This document shows, one piece after another, positions 38,847 to 48,913 of a stretch of DNA of 64,000 bases. This stretch comes from a virus. Lineage: Duplodnaviria > Caudoviricetes. Where the stretch lies: positions 18,726 to 82,725 of the IMG/VR virus record IMGVR_UViG_3300030060_002561. The stretch is one strand, 5' to 3'. The translations under genes and the position numbers were made by a program. Below the pieces are notes generated by a model that saw only the letters and a program-made list of their open reading frames with translations, ran no database searches and was not told the origin of the DNA. Positions within the stretch are counted from its first letter, which is position 1, and each line of letters starts with the position of its first letter.

Positions 38847-39107
38847 CTAGGTTTCCACTATCCTCTCTATGATTGTCCATACTCCGGTGGTAATTTCGTG
38901 CTGGATTCTCTGGGCCTCAAAATAGTCCTTGCTGTTTTTACCAGTCCCGGACAATTTATGATATGCTCTGAATAATCTGTTGTTCGATATAGCATTCATT
39001 TCTCTGAGATGTTTCTTTGCATCTTCATGGTTCAGAAAGACCTCTATTCCATAATGCGTTCTCTTTTCGGGCTTTGTTTTGCATACTTCGTATATCACTA
39101 ATGACAT
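38847..39107 (-). CDS. Hypothetical protein
   Basis: 86 aa; starts about 38 nt from palindrome copy 5. Confidence 0.55.
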   Translation of the reverse strand: MSLVIYEVCKTKPEKRTHYGIEVFLNHEDAKKHLREMNAISNNRLFRAYHKLSGTGKNSKDYFEAQRIQHEITTGVWTIIERIVET

Positions 39108-39144
39108 AGTATCCCCTGACCATCTGGGTACATAGGGTACAGTT

Positions 39145-39175
39145 CAAAGTGTGCAACCATATGGTAGTCACTTTG
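39145..39175. promoter_or_regulatory. Palindromic element, copy 5 (between divergent genes)
   Basis: CAAAGT-gtgca-ACCATATGGT-agtc-ACTTTG. Confidence 0.7.
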
Positions 39176-39258
39176 CTCGACTCGCCTTATGTATCCGAAG
39201 GGCCAAAAGTAATTGTTCAGAGGGTAAAGAACCCCACAACAAAGAAAAGGTGAATAAA

Positions 39259-39729
39259 ATGACGGCAATGGATAATTGGACAGAATTTAGTAAAACGATG
39301 AATGACTTTGCAAACAAAGGCACGATGGATGAAGTCGATGCTGAGTATGTGAAGAGACAGATAGCGAAGGGAACGGACAACCCAGAAAGGCAAAGCCGAA
39401 TCGCTACTGCTGTTAGGGAAACCGTGAGAGATTACGATGATAGCCCTGTCAACAGTAGAGGTTTCTCTCTGCCCGCTGTGGCACAGGCTGTTGTAGACCT
39501 AGCAATCGCGGCTGTTGTAGCAATGGGTCAAGCATTCGACTCGGCTCCATCAGTACGCGCACTATGGATTCCACACGGCAAGTGCAAGTTCGACCACTTT
39601 GAGAATGGTGAGCATTGGGCCACCTATCACAGTGCGAAGATACAGGAGGCCGCCGAGGAAATGTACAAGGCGGGCGAATGGGATGGCTCTGAGAAGAGTC
39701 TTCTAGCCACAATCGGAGGTTCTCTCTGA
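39259..39729 (+). CDS. Hypothetical protein (probable paralog of 38109-38708)
   Basis: Start reassigned to ATG 39259, which has an AGGTGA RBS. Confidence 0.65.
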   Translation: MTAMDNWTEFSKTMNDFANKGTMDEVDAEYVKRQIAKGTDNPERQSRIATAVRETVRDYDDSPVNSRGFSLPAVAQAVVDLAIAAVVAMGQAFDSAPSVRALWIPHGKCKFDHFENGEHWATYHSAKIQEAAEEMYKAGEWDGSEKSLLATIGGSL

Positions 39730-39764
39730 TTGTGGAACGTTCGGACCCTTCTGAACACTCCTTC

Positions 39765-39796
39765 GGGGGGGCAGGTGTTAATTCACCTGCTCTCCC
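39765..39796 (+). terminator. Hairpin after 39259-39729
   Basis: GGGGGGGCAGGTG-ttaatt-CACCTGCTCTCCC, with G-U pairs on the plus strand. Confidence 0.5.
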
Positions 39797-39822
39797 ACCC
39801 CCAGATAGTCAGGTCGAGGCGA

Positions 39823-39858
39823 CAAAGTGCCTAACCATATGGTTGTATGGCAGATTTC
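39823..39858. promoter_or_regulatory. Palindromic element, copy 6 (right arm degenerate)
   Basis: CAAAGT-gccta-ACCATATGGT-tgtatggcagatttc. Confidence 0.55.
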
Positions 39859-40136
39859 TAGGTAGAATCGGATTACCGGGATATGGGCGGGAGTATATAT
39901 ATCGAGGGGGCCAAGAGGGAATTGTCCGATGACCTAGGGATTCCGACATCGAATGCGCTCACCTAACCAGAGCAATATATCAAAGTCGAAACCTACCTGT
40001 TAGATTTTTCAACTAACAAAAAAGAATAGGTTCACACAAGGTCCATCTAGTTCTTACATATAGTATAATACTAATACAATATATACAGTACAAGTATCTA
40101 TACTACAATACTCAATATTAGTTAGATTTCGTATTA

Positions 40137-40319
<183 letters not shown>

Positions 40320-41642
40320 AAGTGGTGCGTTCCCATCGAATACGCACGATTCAGGATTATCACAACCGATAATTATCTGATAATTATAAATTCGATACAT
40401 TACATTCGATACACCAAACCTTGACGGTTGATTGAAAGGTGACATGAGGCATCGTTGAACAGTTTAGCGACTTAGTAAACCTCGTCTTTGTCATATGGGT
40501 AATACCATGCTTGTCCCATGAATGAAGTAGTGGGACATAGATGAGTAAATCACAAGGGTCGAAACGGGGAGTTCTACGGAACATCTTCGGATGAAACAAG
40601 TAAAGATACAGGGGTTGACTCCACTCTTTCCTATGACCACTTAGCCGTGGCTCTGAACGGGTGTAGTAACTGACTTGGTAGGGATGGCTTCTCTACCAAC
40701 TGTGCGCTATAAAGGAGAAATCCAACAGTAGTCGTCAGCGTCATAAAACAAATCGCTCAACAAGCCCGTTAGTTGAGAAGCCCATTTTCCCTGCGTAGCA
40801 ACGGCATAGCACGTTCTTGTTCTCTCCCCATAACTATTCACACCTTTTCTTGGGGCTTTACCCAAGACCGGGGGGATATCCACATTGCCGCGATATCCTC
40901 CCACCATCTCAAAATAATCGAAATGATTATCATACTCCTACCCCCGATTAGTAGGACGTAGTTTGCTAAGTAATACGGAGAAAAACACATTTTCTACTGT
41001 CGTGTTCTTTGTTTAGCGGGTTCTCTCCCCAAAGAGTTCCTCTCCGTCCTACACCTACTTTTACTACGGGGGCTAGTGATTATATTCAGTCCTATACTGA
41101 ATGTCAGACATACAAGGGCGATGTTGAATTGGGCCACCTTTAACATGATTGCACTACTTAGTAGACTTTCGTGGGTGTTCGTACCTGTTGTTTTACTCGC
41201 AAGAGCGAGTTTGTATGCAATAACAAACAACGAAACTTTCACACTCAAGACTCACTTATGTGGGTTTAACGCTTGGACGCAACTCTCTGTTCAGAGAATG
41301 AGATAGAGAACATATTGGGAAATGTGGTTGCTTCTGAGTTAGAGCGAGGTTTAGCAGTAATGCAGAGAATATCTTCTGAGATAAGTTATGAACGAAGGAT
41401 ACCAGAGTCGGAAGAGAAAGGGTATTAGAAATGTAATTTTATCAAAACATAATTTCTAAGTAAAATTTGAGTAAAATTTTGTTTAGTAGGGTGGTATCAT
41501 GCCACTCAACTTCATGTTACCGAGACTAACTAACGGTACGCTCTCAGGCTATCAGCGTAGAGATTCCTACGCACTAGTCTTAGGCATATGCTTGATGACT
41601 CTGCCCCTCGCTACAATATTACACTCCAAAGGAGAACTAAAA

Positions 41643-43091
41643 ATGACAATAGTAGGAACAAAAGAACAAGAAGAAATATGGAATGAAATGGAGAATGGCG
41701 ATAGTCACATGGTCGTTAAGGCTGGTGCAGGAACGGGTAAAACGTTCACTATCGTAGAAGGCGCGAAGAGGATTCGTGGTGGCAAGAAGGGATTCTTGGC
41801 ATTCAACAAATCAATTGCGACTGAACTTGGTAAGAAACTACCACTTGATTGTAAGGCTATGACCTTTCACAGTCTTGGGTTGTCTTCTATCAAGAGGTAC
41901 AGGAAAGATGCAAAAGTGGACACCAAGAAAGTCTACAACATCATTCGGAACATCTTCGGCCCAGAGTACAAATCAGCACCTGCTCTCAACAAACTAGTCA
42001 GCCTGTTGAAGTCTTCACTAGCAGATTGGGAATCCATCTCGGATATCAGAGCAATCATCGACCAGTATAACATTGAGTTCGATGGCATCAAGGATGAGAA
42101 GATGGCAATCGACATGCTTCCAACAATAAGGAACATGTGTGAGGATATCTCTGTGGTTGATTTCGATGACATGATATGGCTACCTGTGGTTCTAGAACTA
42201 CCAGTAGAACACTATGATACTGTCTTCGTTGATGAAGCACAGGACTTCAATGAGTCTCAGAGACAACTAATACTACGCGCATGTAATGGTGGTAGGATGA
42301 TAGTTGTCGGAGATACCAAGCAAGCAATCTATGGTTTTCGTGGAGCAGACTCTGCTAGTATGGATATATTCAGGGAGGAACTGGTGAACAAGTCTACTCG
42401 CGGAGTCAAGGACTACACTCTCAGTATCACATGGAGATGTCCAAAGTCTATCGTAGCAGAAGCCAACCGATTCTTCTCAGATTACACATGCAGGGAAGAT
42501 GCACCAGAAGGTGAGGTGAATGTCAATGCGGCATTCGTGCCAAAGGGCGGTGACTTGGTTCTATGCAGAGTAAACGCACCTCTGGTTTCAGAGTGCTTTT
42601 CTCTGATTACCCAAGGCATACCTGCCTACGTTCTAGGTAGAGACATCGGCTATTCACTACAGGTTCTAGTCAAGAAGGTGACAGATGATTCGTCAATGAC
42701 TCTTGAGAGATTCTTACCTGCACTAGCAGACCATGTTGACAAGAGAATCAACGCTCTGAAACTACAGGAGAAGGACAAGCAGATTCAGTCCTTGACTGAT
42801 AAGCACGATTGCATTCTGGCTCTTGCTGGAAATGTGAACACAGTCGGTGGTCTTCTAGATAACATCAAGGAGATATTCGGTGAGCAAGGAAAGAAAGCAG
42901 GAGTTGTCTTCTCCACTATCCACAAGGCCAAGGGTCTTGAAGCAGAGAACGTATGGATTCTGGAACCACAACTCATGCCACATCCTATGGCAACTACTCC
43001 TGCTGATAGACAACAGGAAACCAATCTGTGTTACGTTGCTATCACTAGAGCAATGAAGACTCTCAACTACGTTGGTGATAGAGTTGGTTGA
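41643..43091 (+). CDS. UvrD/Rep-like superfamily 1 helicase
   Basis: AGAGTGKT, VDEAQD, VGDTKQAIYGFRGA, STIHKAKGLE and YVAITRA. Start reassigned to ATG 41643 (GGAG RBS). Confidence 0.92.
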   Translation: MTIVGTKEQEEIWNEMENGDSHMVVKAGAGTGKTFTIVEGAKRIRGGKKGFLAFNKSIATELGKKLPLDCKAMTFHSLGLSSIKRYRKDAKVDTKKVYNIIRNIFGPEYKSAPALNKLVSLLKSSLADWESISDIRAIIDQYNIEFDGIKDEKMAIDMLPTIRNMCEDISVVDFDDMIWLPVVLELPVEHYDTVFVDEAQDFNESQRQLILRACNGGRMIVVGDTKQAIYGFRGADSASMDIFREELVNKSTRGVKDYTLSITWRCPKSIVAEANRFFSDYTCREDAPEGEVNVNAAFVPKGGDLVLCRVNAPLVSECFSLITQGIPAYVLGRDIGYSLQVLVKKVTDDSSMTLERFLPALADHVDKRINALKLQEKDKQIQSLTDKHDCILALAGNVNTVGGLLDNIKEIFGEQGKKAGVVFSTIHKAKGLEAENVWILEPQLMPHPMATTPADRQQETNLCYVAITRAMKTLNYVGDRVG

Positions 43092-43278
43092 ACACTTAAT
43101 ATACTCTCAACACGATTGTAAGTTATGTGGGGGCAAGGGAGTTGTACTCGTTAACAACTACGCAAATGGTGAGCGCGATGATGTGCCATCATTGGAAGAA
43201 TGCGAAGATTGTGCCGAGTATGACTTTCTTGCAACTCACGCACCAGAGATGAATAACCTAGGAGATGATGAAGAATGA
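43072..43278 (+). CDS. Small zinc-finger protein
   Basis: CKLCGGKG...CEDC. Confidence 0.5.
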   Translation: MVIELVEHLIYSQHDCKLCGGKGVVLVNNYANGERDDVPSLEECEDCAEYDFLATHAPEMNNLGDDEE

Positions 43279-44186
43279 GATATTGGGCAATAAGATTTAC
43301 AGATGGAACAGAGAAGACCTTTCGTGCTGATGAAGTAGACCAAATAGAACTACTCAACACGGAGTCGGTTCTGTTCAGTAGAGATACTAGTATCCTCCAA
43401 CCAGAAGACATGCCTACTCAACAGTTGGATAATCCAGTGAGTAACATGAGTAGGACATTGGTATCTAGCGTAGGTAAAACCGGAAATCCACTACACTTCC
43501 ATGAGAGACTAAAGTTTGCTCTTGAAAGAGAAGCAGTAGTTGGAAGTCTAGTCACAATGCCAGATGGTAATGAGTGGCTAGTAGTGAGATGGGTTGATGG
43601 TGTGTTGTACGTTGTTCAGAAAGCAGACGACATCAAGGTGTTTGCACCTGCCGTCTGGTTGAAGAGCAAGAACGTATGGAAGTGGTTTGAGAACAGACCC
43701 AAGAGGGAGAAGCGGAAAGTAAGGTATGCTTCTAACCGAACAACCACTATCATTGATGACTCAACAAGCGACTATCCTTATCCTGTGAAGGGTGAAACAG
43801 ATAGGTCTGGTTGTTGCGCTACACCAAACGCACACATTTGTAAAGACTCTGAGACAATTATGGAACATGGTTTCTGTAAGGGTTGCAAGGTTGAAAATGA
43901 ACGTGGGGAATTAGACGTAGAACTTACTCTTGACAACAGAGACAAGATAAGAATGTCACGCGGATTGAATCCAATAGCACCCGGAACCTATCCGGTATTT
44001 GCAGAGGAACAACTTCTGAGTGTAACACCAGTCTTCAATGAGAACCAATTGGAGTTAGCCGATTCTGCTATCGGTGAGTTGCTAAAGCGAAACTCAAACA
44101 ATGCAGATGAATGGAAGTCTGCTTTCAATGAAGCATATGAAAGTGGAAAGGACATAACGTGGAGAGAAGAAGATGGAACGAATTGA
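43275..44186 (+). CDS. Hypothetical protein
   Basis: 303 aa with an ATGA overlap and a small Cys cluster. Confidence 0.55.
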   Translation: MRYWAIRFTDGTEKTFRADEVDQIELLNTESVLFSRDTSILQPEDMPTQQLDNPVSNMSRTLVSSVGKTGNPLHFHERLKFALEREAVVGSLVTMPDGNEWLVVRWVDGVLYVVQKADDIKVFAPAVWLKSKNVWKWFENRPKREKRKVRYASNRTTTIIDDSTSDYPYPVKGETDRSGCCATPNAHICKDSETIMEHGFCKGCKVENERGELDVELTLDNRDKIRMSRGLNPIAPGTYPVFAEEQLLSVTPVFNENQLELADSAIGELLKRNSNNADEWKSAFNEAYESGKDITWREEDGTN

Positions 44187-44373
44187 GAACCATATGGTCG
44201 TAGGGCCAGATGAATTTGATGAAGTAATAACATATGATTGTGAAGTCTGTGGAGATTTAACAGACACGTTTCACAGTTATGAAGGATATTGTAGCATAGG
44301 TTGCTACGAAGAAGGACTAGCAGAGGAAAGAAGACTGCTAGAGAAATATGAAACTTTAATGGAAGAGGAATGA
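44173..44373 (+). CDS. Small Cys-rich protein
   Basis: CEVC...YCSIGC (TRASH/MYM-like spacing). Confidence 0.5.
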   Translation: MERIENHMVVGPDEFDEVITYDCEVCGDLTDTFHSYEGYCSIGCYEEGLAEERRLLEKYETLMEEE

Positions 44374-44376
44374 AAG

Positions 44377-44616
44377 ATGAATGAAAATGGAAAAACAGTT
44401 GAATTCAGGTTGGTCAACGATGAAGAGTTGCCACCTGTTGTAATAACAATGAATGACGATGATGAGCCAAAGGTAGTAATCAATGCTTATCACAAGATAT
44501 GGTTGTCACTACATCGCAAGACTATCGGTGGATGTGGACAACCACTGTTCGATAAGATAGATGCTATACTAGCAGGATTCCTGACAGAGCAGAGAGACAA
44601 TGAGAGGATGGCTTAG
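44377..44616 (+). CDS. Hypothetical protein
   Basis: 79-aa ORF in the operon. Confidence 0.55.
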   Translation: MNENGKTVEFRLVNDEELPPVVITMNDDDEPKVVINAYHKIWLSLHRKTIGGCGQPLFDKIDAILAGFLTEQRDNERMA

Positions 44617-44722
44617 ATGCTTTTCTTATTCACGGCAATATGCAATGTGCTTATCGTGATAGGAATGTTCTTTTTGTATGTTGTAATTATGCCACTATTA
44701 CCAGTCATAGGAGGTTGATATC

Positions 44723-46039
44723 ATGGATGTAGTATATACTAGAGATGACATCGAAGACGGTGCTACAGAGAAGATAGAAGCCAAGCGTGACTTAGGTGAA
44801 GGTAGATGGGACAGAGTTCTCAAGCAAAAGATGGTTGAGTTGTCTGTTGCCGATAACTATGAAGACGCTAAGAAAGAATGGAAAGCAACTGGTAATGTAT
44901 GGTGGTCATCTAGGTACAACGTTACTGACCCCTATGGGAGAAACGAGGATGCCCCAGATTGGGTTAACAACTCTACCAATGGATGTAATCAATGTCTATG
45001 TGGACACAACATCGTGTATCACTTTGAGATAGCGAATACTGAGAATGGTAACGTAGAGTGTGTTGGTTCAGACCACATCACTTCTTACTTGATTCTGAGA
45101 GAGATATCAGAGTCTACTGGTGTTGACATGGATGCAATTACCGAGAGAATGATTCAGGATTGGATTAACGTTCGTGTGAAGTCTATGATTCAAGATGCAT
45201 GGTGGGCAGAGAACGGAGAAGAGTTTGAAGAGATGTTCGATGAGGTCAAGGAAGCAGACTTGAGAATCAATGTTAGATACCATCCTACCAAGCACTATTG
45301 GGATAGTACACTCAGACAACACAAGCGCGTTAGATATCTTAGGAAGAGAGCAGAGGGTTCTGGCCCTGCGCGAAGAAGAGAAATGGCTTCGATTGTATGG
45401 AGATGGAACCATCCAGAGAATGCTAGGAATCAACAGACTACCAGAGGATATCCTAACGAGAGACTATGGTTGGACATGAACAGGTTCTCTTCTCTGATTG
45501 AGGAACATCTTGAGGACATAGAGAAGAAGGACATGACCAAGCAACAGAGAATCGAATGGTTGGAGAACTTCGATGCTGAGTTTGATGCCAAGATGGAAGC
45601 ACAGGGAATGGTGGAAACAAGATTCACTACTAACTGTAAGCGATTTGGTATCCCACTATTCAGTTGGCAAGATGCTCCGACTGCTTGGGACAAGTCCTTC
45701 TTGAAGAAGATGTACTATGCTATCCGAGATAGTGGCGATGAACCTAAACTCGGAAAGTCAGACATCGACAGATTGGAGAAGACATTGGATATGATGTCCA
45801 ATCTAGCAACCAAAGAGCAGAAGGATGTGATTAGTAACTATAGGTCACAACTAGTCGAGGCTAGAAGAACCGACTACGTTCCTAAGTTTCCATACCAGAT
45901 GAAACCGGACATGACATCCGATGAAGCAGAACAACAAATCTCCACTTTGAGGGACATCTTGGATAGCGTTAGGGCTATGCAAGAGATAAAACTTGAAAGG
46001 GAGATAGAGAGTCGTCAACTTACTGACGGAGGCGAATGA
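44723..46039 (+). CDS. Hypothetical protein with CLCGH...VGSDH metal-binding motif
   Basis: 438 aa with a GGAGGT RBS. Confidence 0.6.
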   Translation: MDVVYTRDDIEDGATEKIEAKRDLGEGRWDRVLKQKMVELSVADNYEDAKKEWKATGNVWWSSRYNVTDPYGRNEDAPDWVNNSTNGCNQCLCGHNIVYHFEIANTENGNVECVGSDHITSYLILREISESTGVDMDAITERMIQDWINVRVKSMIQDAWWAENGEEFEEMFDEVKEADLRINVRYHPTKHYWDSTLRQHKRVRYLRKRAEGSGPARRREMASIVWRWNHPENARNQQTTRGYPNERLWLDMNRFSSLIEEHLEDIEKKDMTKQQRIEWLENFDAEFDAKMEAQGMVETRFTTNCKRFGIPLFSWQDAPTAWDKSFLKKMYYAIRDSGDEPKLGKSDIDRLEKTLDMMSNLATKEQKDVISNYRSQLVEARRTDYVPKFPYQMKPDMTSDEAEQQISTLRDILDSVRAMQEIKLEREIESRQLTDGGE

Positions 46040-46287
46040 AAATGAGCAAGAAAAACGAAAAGAAAAATGAAGATAAGAAGGCCGAAGACGAGACTGAGAT
46101 GGCATTGCAACAGATGGCCGCGAACAACCAACAACTACAGGGGACCGCGCAGAATCTAGCAAACCAACTACAACAGTACATGGCACTCTGCTCGCATTAT
46201 GAGCAGACCATTAACGTCTTAACCGGAAGAGTCCAAGAACTGAAGGGACAGATAGCGAACATGTCCCAACAGGGACAACAAGAATGA
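46036..46287 (+). CDS. Coiled-coil protein
   Basis: 83 aa with a Q-rich heptad pattern. Confidence 0.55.
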   Translation: MKMSKKNEKKNEDKKAEDETEMALQQMAANNQQLQGTAQNLANQLQQYMALCSHYEQTINVLTGRVQELKGQIANMSQQGQQE

Positions 46288-46309
46288 AAATGAAAGGAGG
46301 TAATGAATT

Positions 46310-46516
46310 ATGGTAAAATTGACTATAATGAATGAAACCGGACATACCGAGATGGTTGCATCAGCCGCCGAGGTCATCGAACAGATAACGGACCACCCAA
46401 CACACTGGGTATTCGTTGACGGTGAGATGGTCACGCGCGAAACTGTTGATACCGTCAATTGGGAGAGCGTAGAGAACGTCACGCTTGCACCTGCGGTTGT
46501 CGGTGGAATTCGCTGA
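46310..46516 (+). CDS. Ubiquitin-like (ThiS/SAMP beta-grasp) protein ending GG-IR
   Basis: 68 aa: MVKLTIMN...WVFVDGEMV...VENVTLAPAVVGG-IR, resembling the ThiS/MoaD pattern V.VNG...D.V.I.P.V.GG. Strong GGAGGT RBS. Confidence 0.7.
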   Translation: MVKLTIMNETGHTEMVASAAEVIEQITDHPTHWVFVDGEMVTRETVDTVNWESVENVTLAPAVVGGIR

Positions 46517-46694
46517 ACAAGGTAGGTTAAGCCCTACAATCAAGAGTAATCTTGGTCGGAAAAACGCAAGCCGCTTCTGGGTATTATATTCATTAGCGGT
46601 AATTACTAAGTAGTGCATTTCGCACCCTTAGTCTCCCAGCAACGAGTGGTTGCCGTGTAGGTGGAATGCCTACTACTTAAGGGGGTTTTAGATA

Positions 46695-48587
46695 ATGCAA
46701 AATAAATTAGAAATAGAACAACAAATGATGAGCGATTTGATTGTACCTACAAAATATGCTAGGTATGATTGGGAGTTGGGAAGGAGAGAGACACTCGATG
46801 AAATAATCACAAGGAACATGAACATGCACCTTGACAAATTCAAAGGGAACGAAACTGTCTGTACCAAGATTGTAAAGGTATACAATGACTATGTGAAGAC
46901 GTTGAAGGTATCACCTTCTATGCGTTCCTACCAATTTGCAGGAGATGCTATTCTACGTTCACCTAACAGAATCTACAACTGTTCATTCATGAACATTACA
47001 GATATTAGGTGCTTCGGGGAAGCAATGTTCCTACTACTAGGTGGGACTGGTGTAGGCTATTCAGTGCAGAAGCATCACATAGCACAACTACCACAAGTCA
47101 TGAAGCCTAACCCAGATAGAACCTACAGACATCTGATAGGTGATTCACAAGAAGGATGGGCAGAAGCAATCAACGTACTCTTTGAGTCTTATACTGGTAA
47201 GAGAAGCACTACACCTCGCTTCGACTACTCAGATATCAGACCGAAGGGAGCGTTACTCAAGACTAGTGGTGGCAAGGCTCCCGGCCCGACACCATTGAGA
47301 AACTGCCTCACTATCATAGAAGGCATGTTGATTGACAAGGAGAATTTCACACAACTCAGACCAATAGAAGTACATGACATGCTATGCAGAATTGCAGAGG
47401 CCGTACTATCTGGTGGTATCAGAAGGTCAGCGATGATTTCACTATTCAGTGCAGATGACAGAGAGATGTTGACTGCGAAGACGGTGACTACATACGAGAG
47501 CCATCCATATAGGAAACATGCTAACAACTCTGCGGTTCTAGTTAGGAACAGAGTAACCAAGAAATTCTATGATTCCTTGTGGGAGATAATACAGGCAAAT
47601 GGTGGACATGAGCCGGGTTTCTACTTCACTAACGATAAGGAATGGGGGACCAATCCTTGTGCAGAAATTGGATTACGGGACATGCAGTTCTGTAACTTGA
47701 CTACCTGTAACGTATCAGATGTAGAATCACAAGAGGAATTGAATGCTAGAGTAGAAGCGGCGGCGTTCCTAGGAACATTGCAAGCGACCTACACAGACTT
47801 TCACTTCCTACGTCAAGGATGGAAGAAGACTACTGAGAAGGATGCACTACTTGGTGTATCTATGACTGGTATTGCCAATGGTAAGTTGGATGACTTAGAC
47901 TTGAATGAAGCAGTCGATGTCGTCAAGATGGTGAACAGGGATTGGGCAGAGAAACTAGGCATCAATCCTGCCGCCAGACTTACCTGTGTCAAACCAGAAG
48001 GAACTGCTAGTCTGGTATTCGGAACATCATCGGGGATTCACCCTTGGTGGTCTGACTACTTCATTAGGACTATCAGATATAACAAAGAGGAACCTATCGC
48101 CCAATATCTAATGGAGAACATTCCAGATTTGATAGAAGACGATAGATGGGAAGAAGGCAACATAGTAGTCTTCGTTCCTCAGAAAGCACCAGAAGGTGCA
48201 GTCACTCGCTCGGAGTCTGCTATAGACTTCTTAGAGAGAGTGAAGCATGTGACAGAGAATTGGGTGAAGCCCGGTCACATAGACGGAATGAATACTCACA
48301 ACGTTTCAGCAACAGTTAACGTTCGTGAGAATGAATGGGATTTGGTGAGAGATTGGATGTGGATAAACAGAGATTCCTACAATGGGCTTTCTCTACTACC
48401 TTTCAGTTTCGATGTTGAGGATGGTATAGAAATGCAGATGCCCAACACGGCATGTGACAAGGAGACTTTTGAGAAGTACCTACCACTACTAAAGAAGTTA
48501 GACACCTCGCAGATAATGGAGGATGACGACAACACTCAACTTCAAGGTGAACTCGCATGTTCTGGGGGAACGTGTGAGATACTGTGA
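46695..48587 (+). CDS. nrdJ: Class II (AdoCbl-dependent) ribonucleotide reductase
   Basis: YNCSF, GGIRRSA, TNPCAEI, KPEGT and the C-terminal ACSGGTCEI of monomeric RTPR type. Confidence 0.92.
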   Translation: MQNKLEIEQQMMSDLIVPTKYARYDWELGRRETLDEIITRNMNMHLDKFKGNETVCTKIVKVYNDYVKTLKVSPSMRSYQFAGDAILRSPNRIYNCSFMNITDIRCFGEAMFLLLGGTGVGYSVQKHHIAQLPQVMKPNPDRTYRHLIGDSQEGWAEAINVLFESYTGKRSTTPRFDYSDIRPKGALLKTSGGKAPGPTPLRNCLTIIEGMLIDKENFTQLRPIEVHDMLCRIAEAVLSGGIRRSAMISLFSADDREMLTAKTVTTYESHPYRKHANNSAVLVRNRVTKKFYDSLWEIIQANGGHEPGFYFTNDKEWGTNPCAEIGLRDMQFCNLTTCNVSDVESQEELNARVEAAAFLGTLQATYTDFHFLRQGWKKTTEKDALLGVSMTGIANGKLDDLDLNEAVDVVKMVNRDWAEKLGINPAARLTCVKPEGTASLVFGTSSGIHPWWSDYFIRTIRYNKEEPIAQYLMENIPDLIEDDRWEEGNIVVFVPQKAPEGAVTRSESAIDFLERVKHVTENWVKPGHIDGMNTHNVSATVNVRENEWDLVRDWMWINRDSYNGLSLLPFSFDVEDGIEMQMPNTACDKETFEKYLPLLKKLDTSQIMEDDDNTQLQGELACSGGTCEIL

Positions 48588-48913
48588 GATTCCAAATCAC
48601 CCGTAAGTTAGGTCATTACTTTGACGTAAACGAGATTGATTTCATCAGAGATGAGATAATCCGTATATGTCCAGACAATGCGAGTAAGGCTTACGTTGAC
48701 CAAGCGATAGAAGTTGCCAAGAGTGGTAACATGTCTAAAGCAAGGTTGAACAGAATACTAGGACATCAATTACATCGTAGTTGTAAGAAGATGTTCGACA
48801 CCTATCCGGGTGAAGCAATAAAGGAATTATACAATAGAAAACAATACTACATTAAAAATTATGGAGAGAATGAATATGAAAATAAAATTAGGAATACCCT
48901 CGATTGGAGATAG
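48584..48913 (+). CDS. Hypothetical protein
   Basis: 109 aa with a GTGA overlap with the RNR stop. Confidence 0.5.
   Translation: MRFQITRKLGHYFDVNEIDFIRDEIIRICPDNASKAYVDQAIEVAKSGNMSKARLNRILGHQLHRSCKKMFDTYPGEAIKELYNRKQYYIKNYGENEYENKIRNTLDWR

Noticed and set aside
36411-39858. Palindromic repeats as a CRISPR array
   Set aside because: Spacing is 400-870 bp with whole genes in between, and the copies are imperfect.
44189-44198. Seventh ACCATATGGT core
   Set aside because: It lies within a coding region and lacks the CAAAG and ACTTTG arms, so it is probably chance.
46517-46694. Canonical cobalamin riboswitch upstream of nrdJ
   Set aside because: I could not find the B12-box or other conserved core motifs by eye. 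Kept only as an unclassified structured region.
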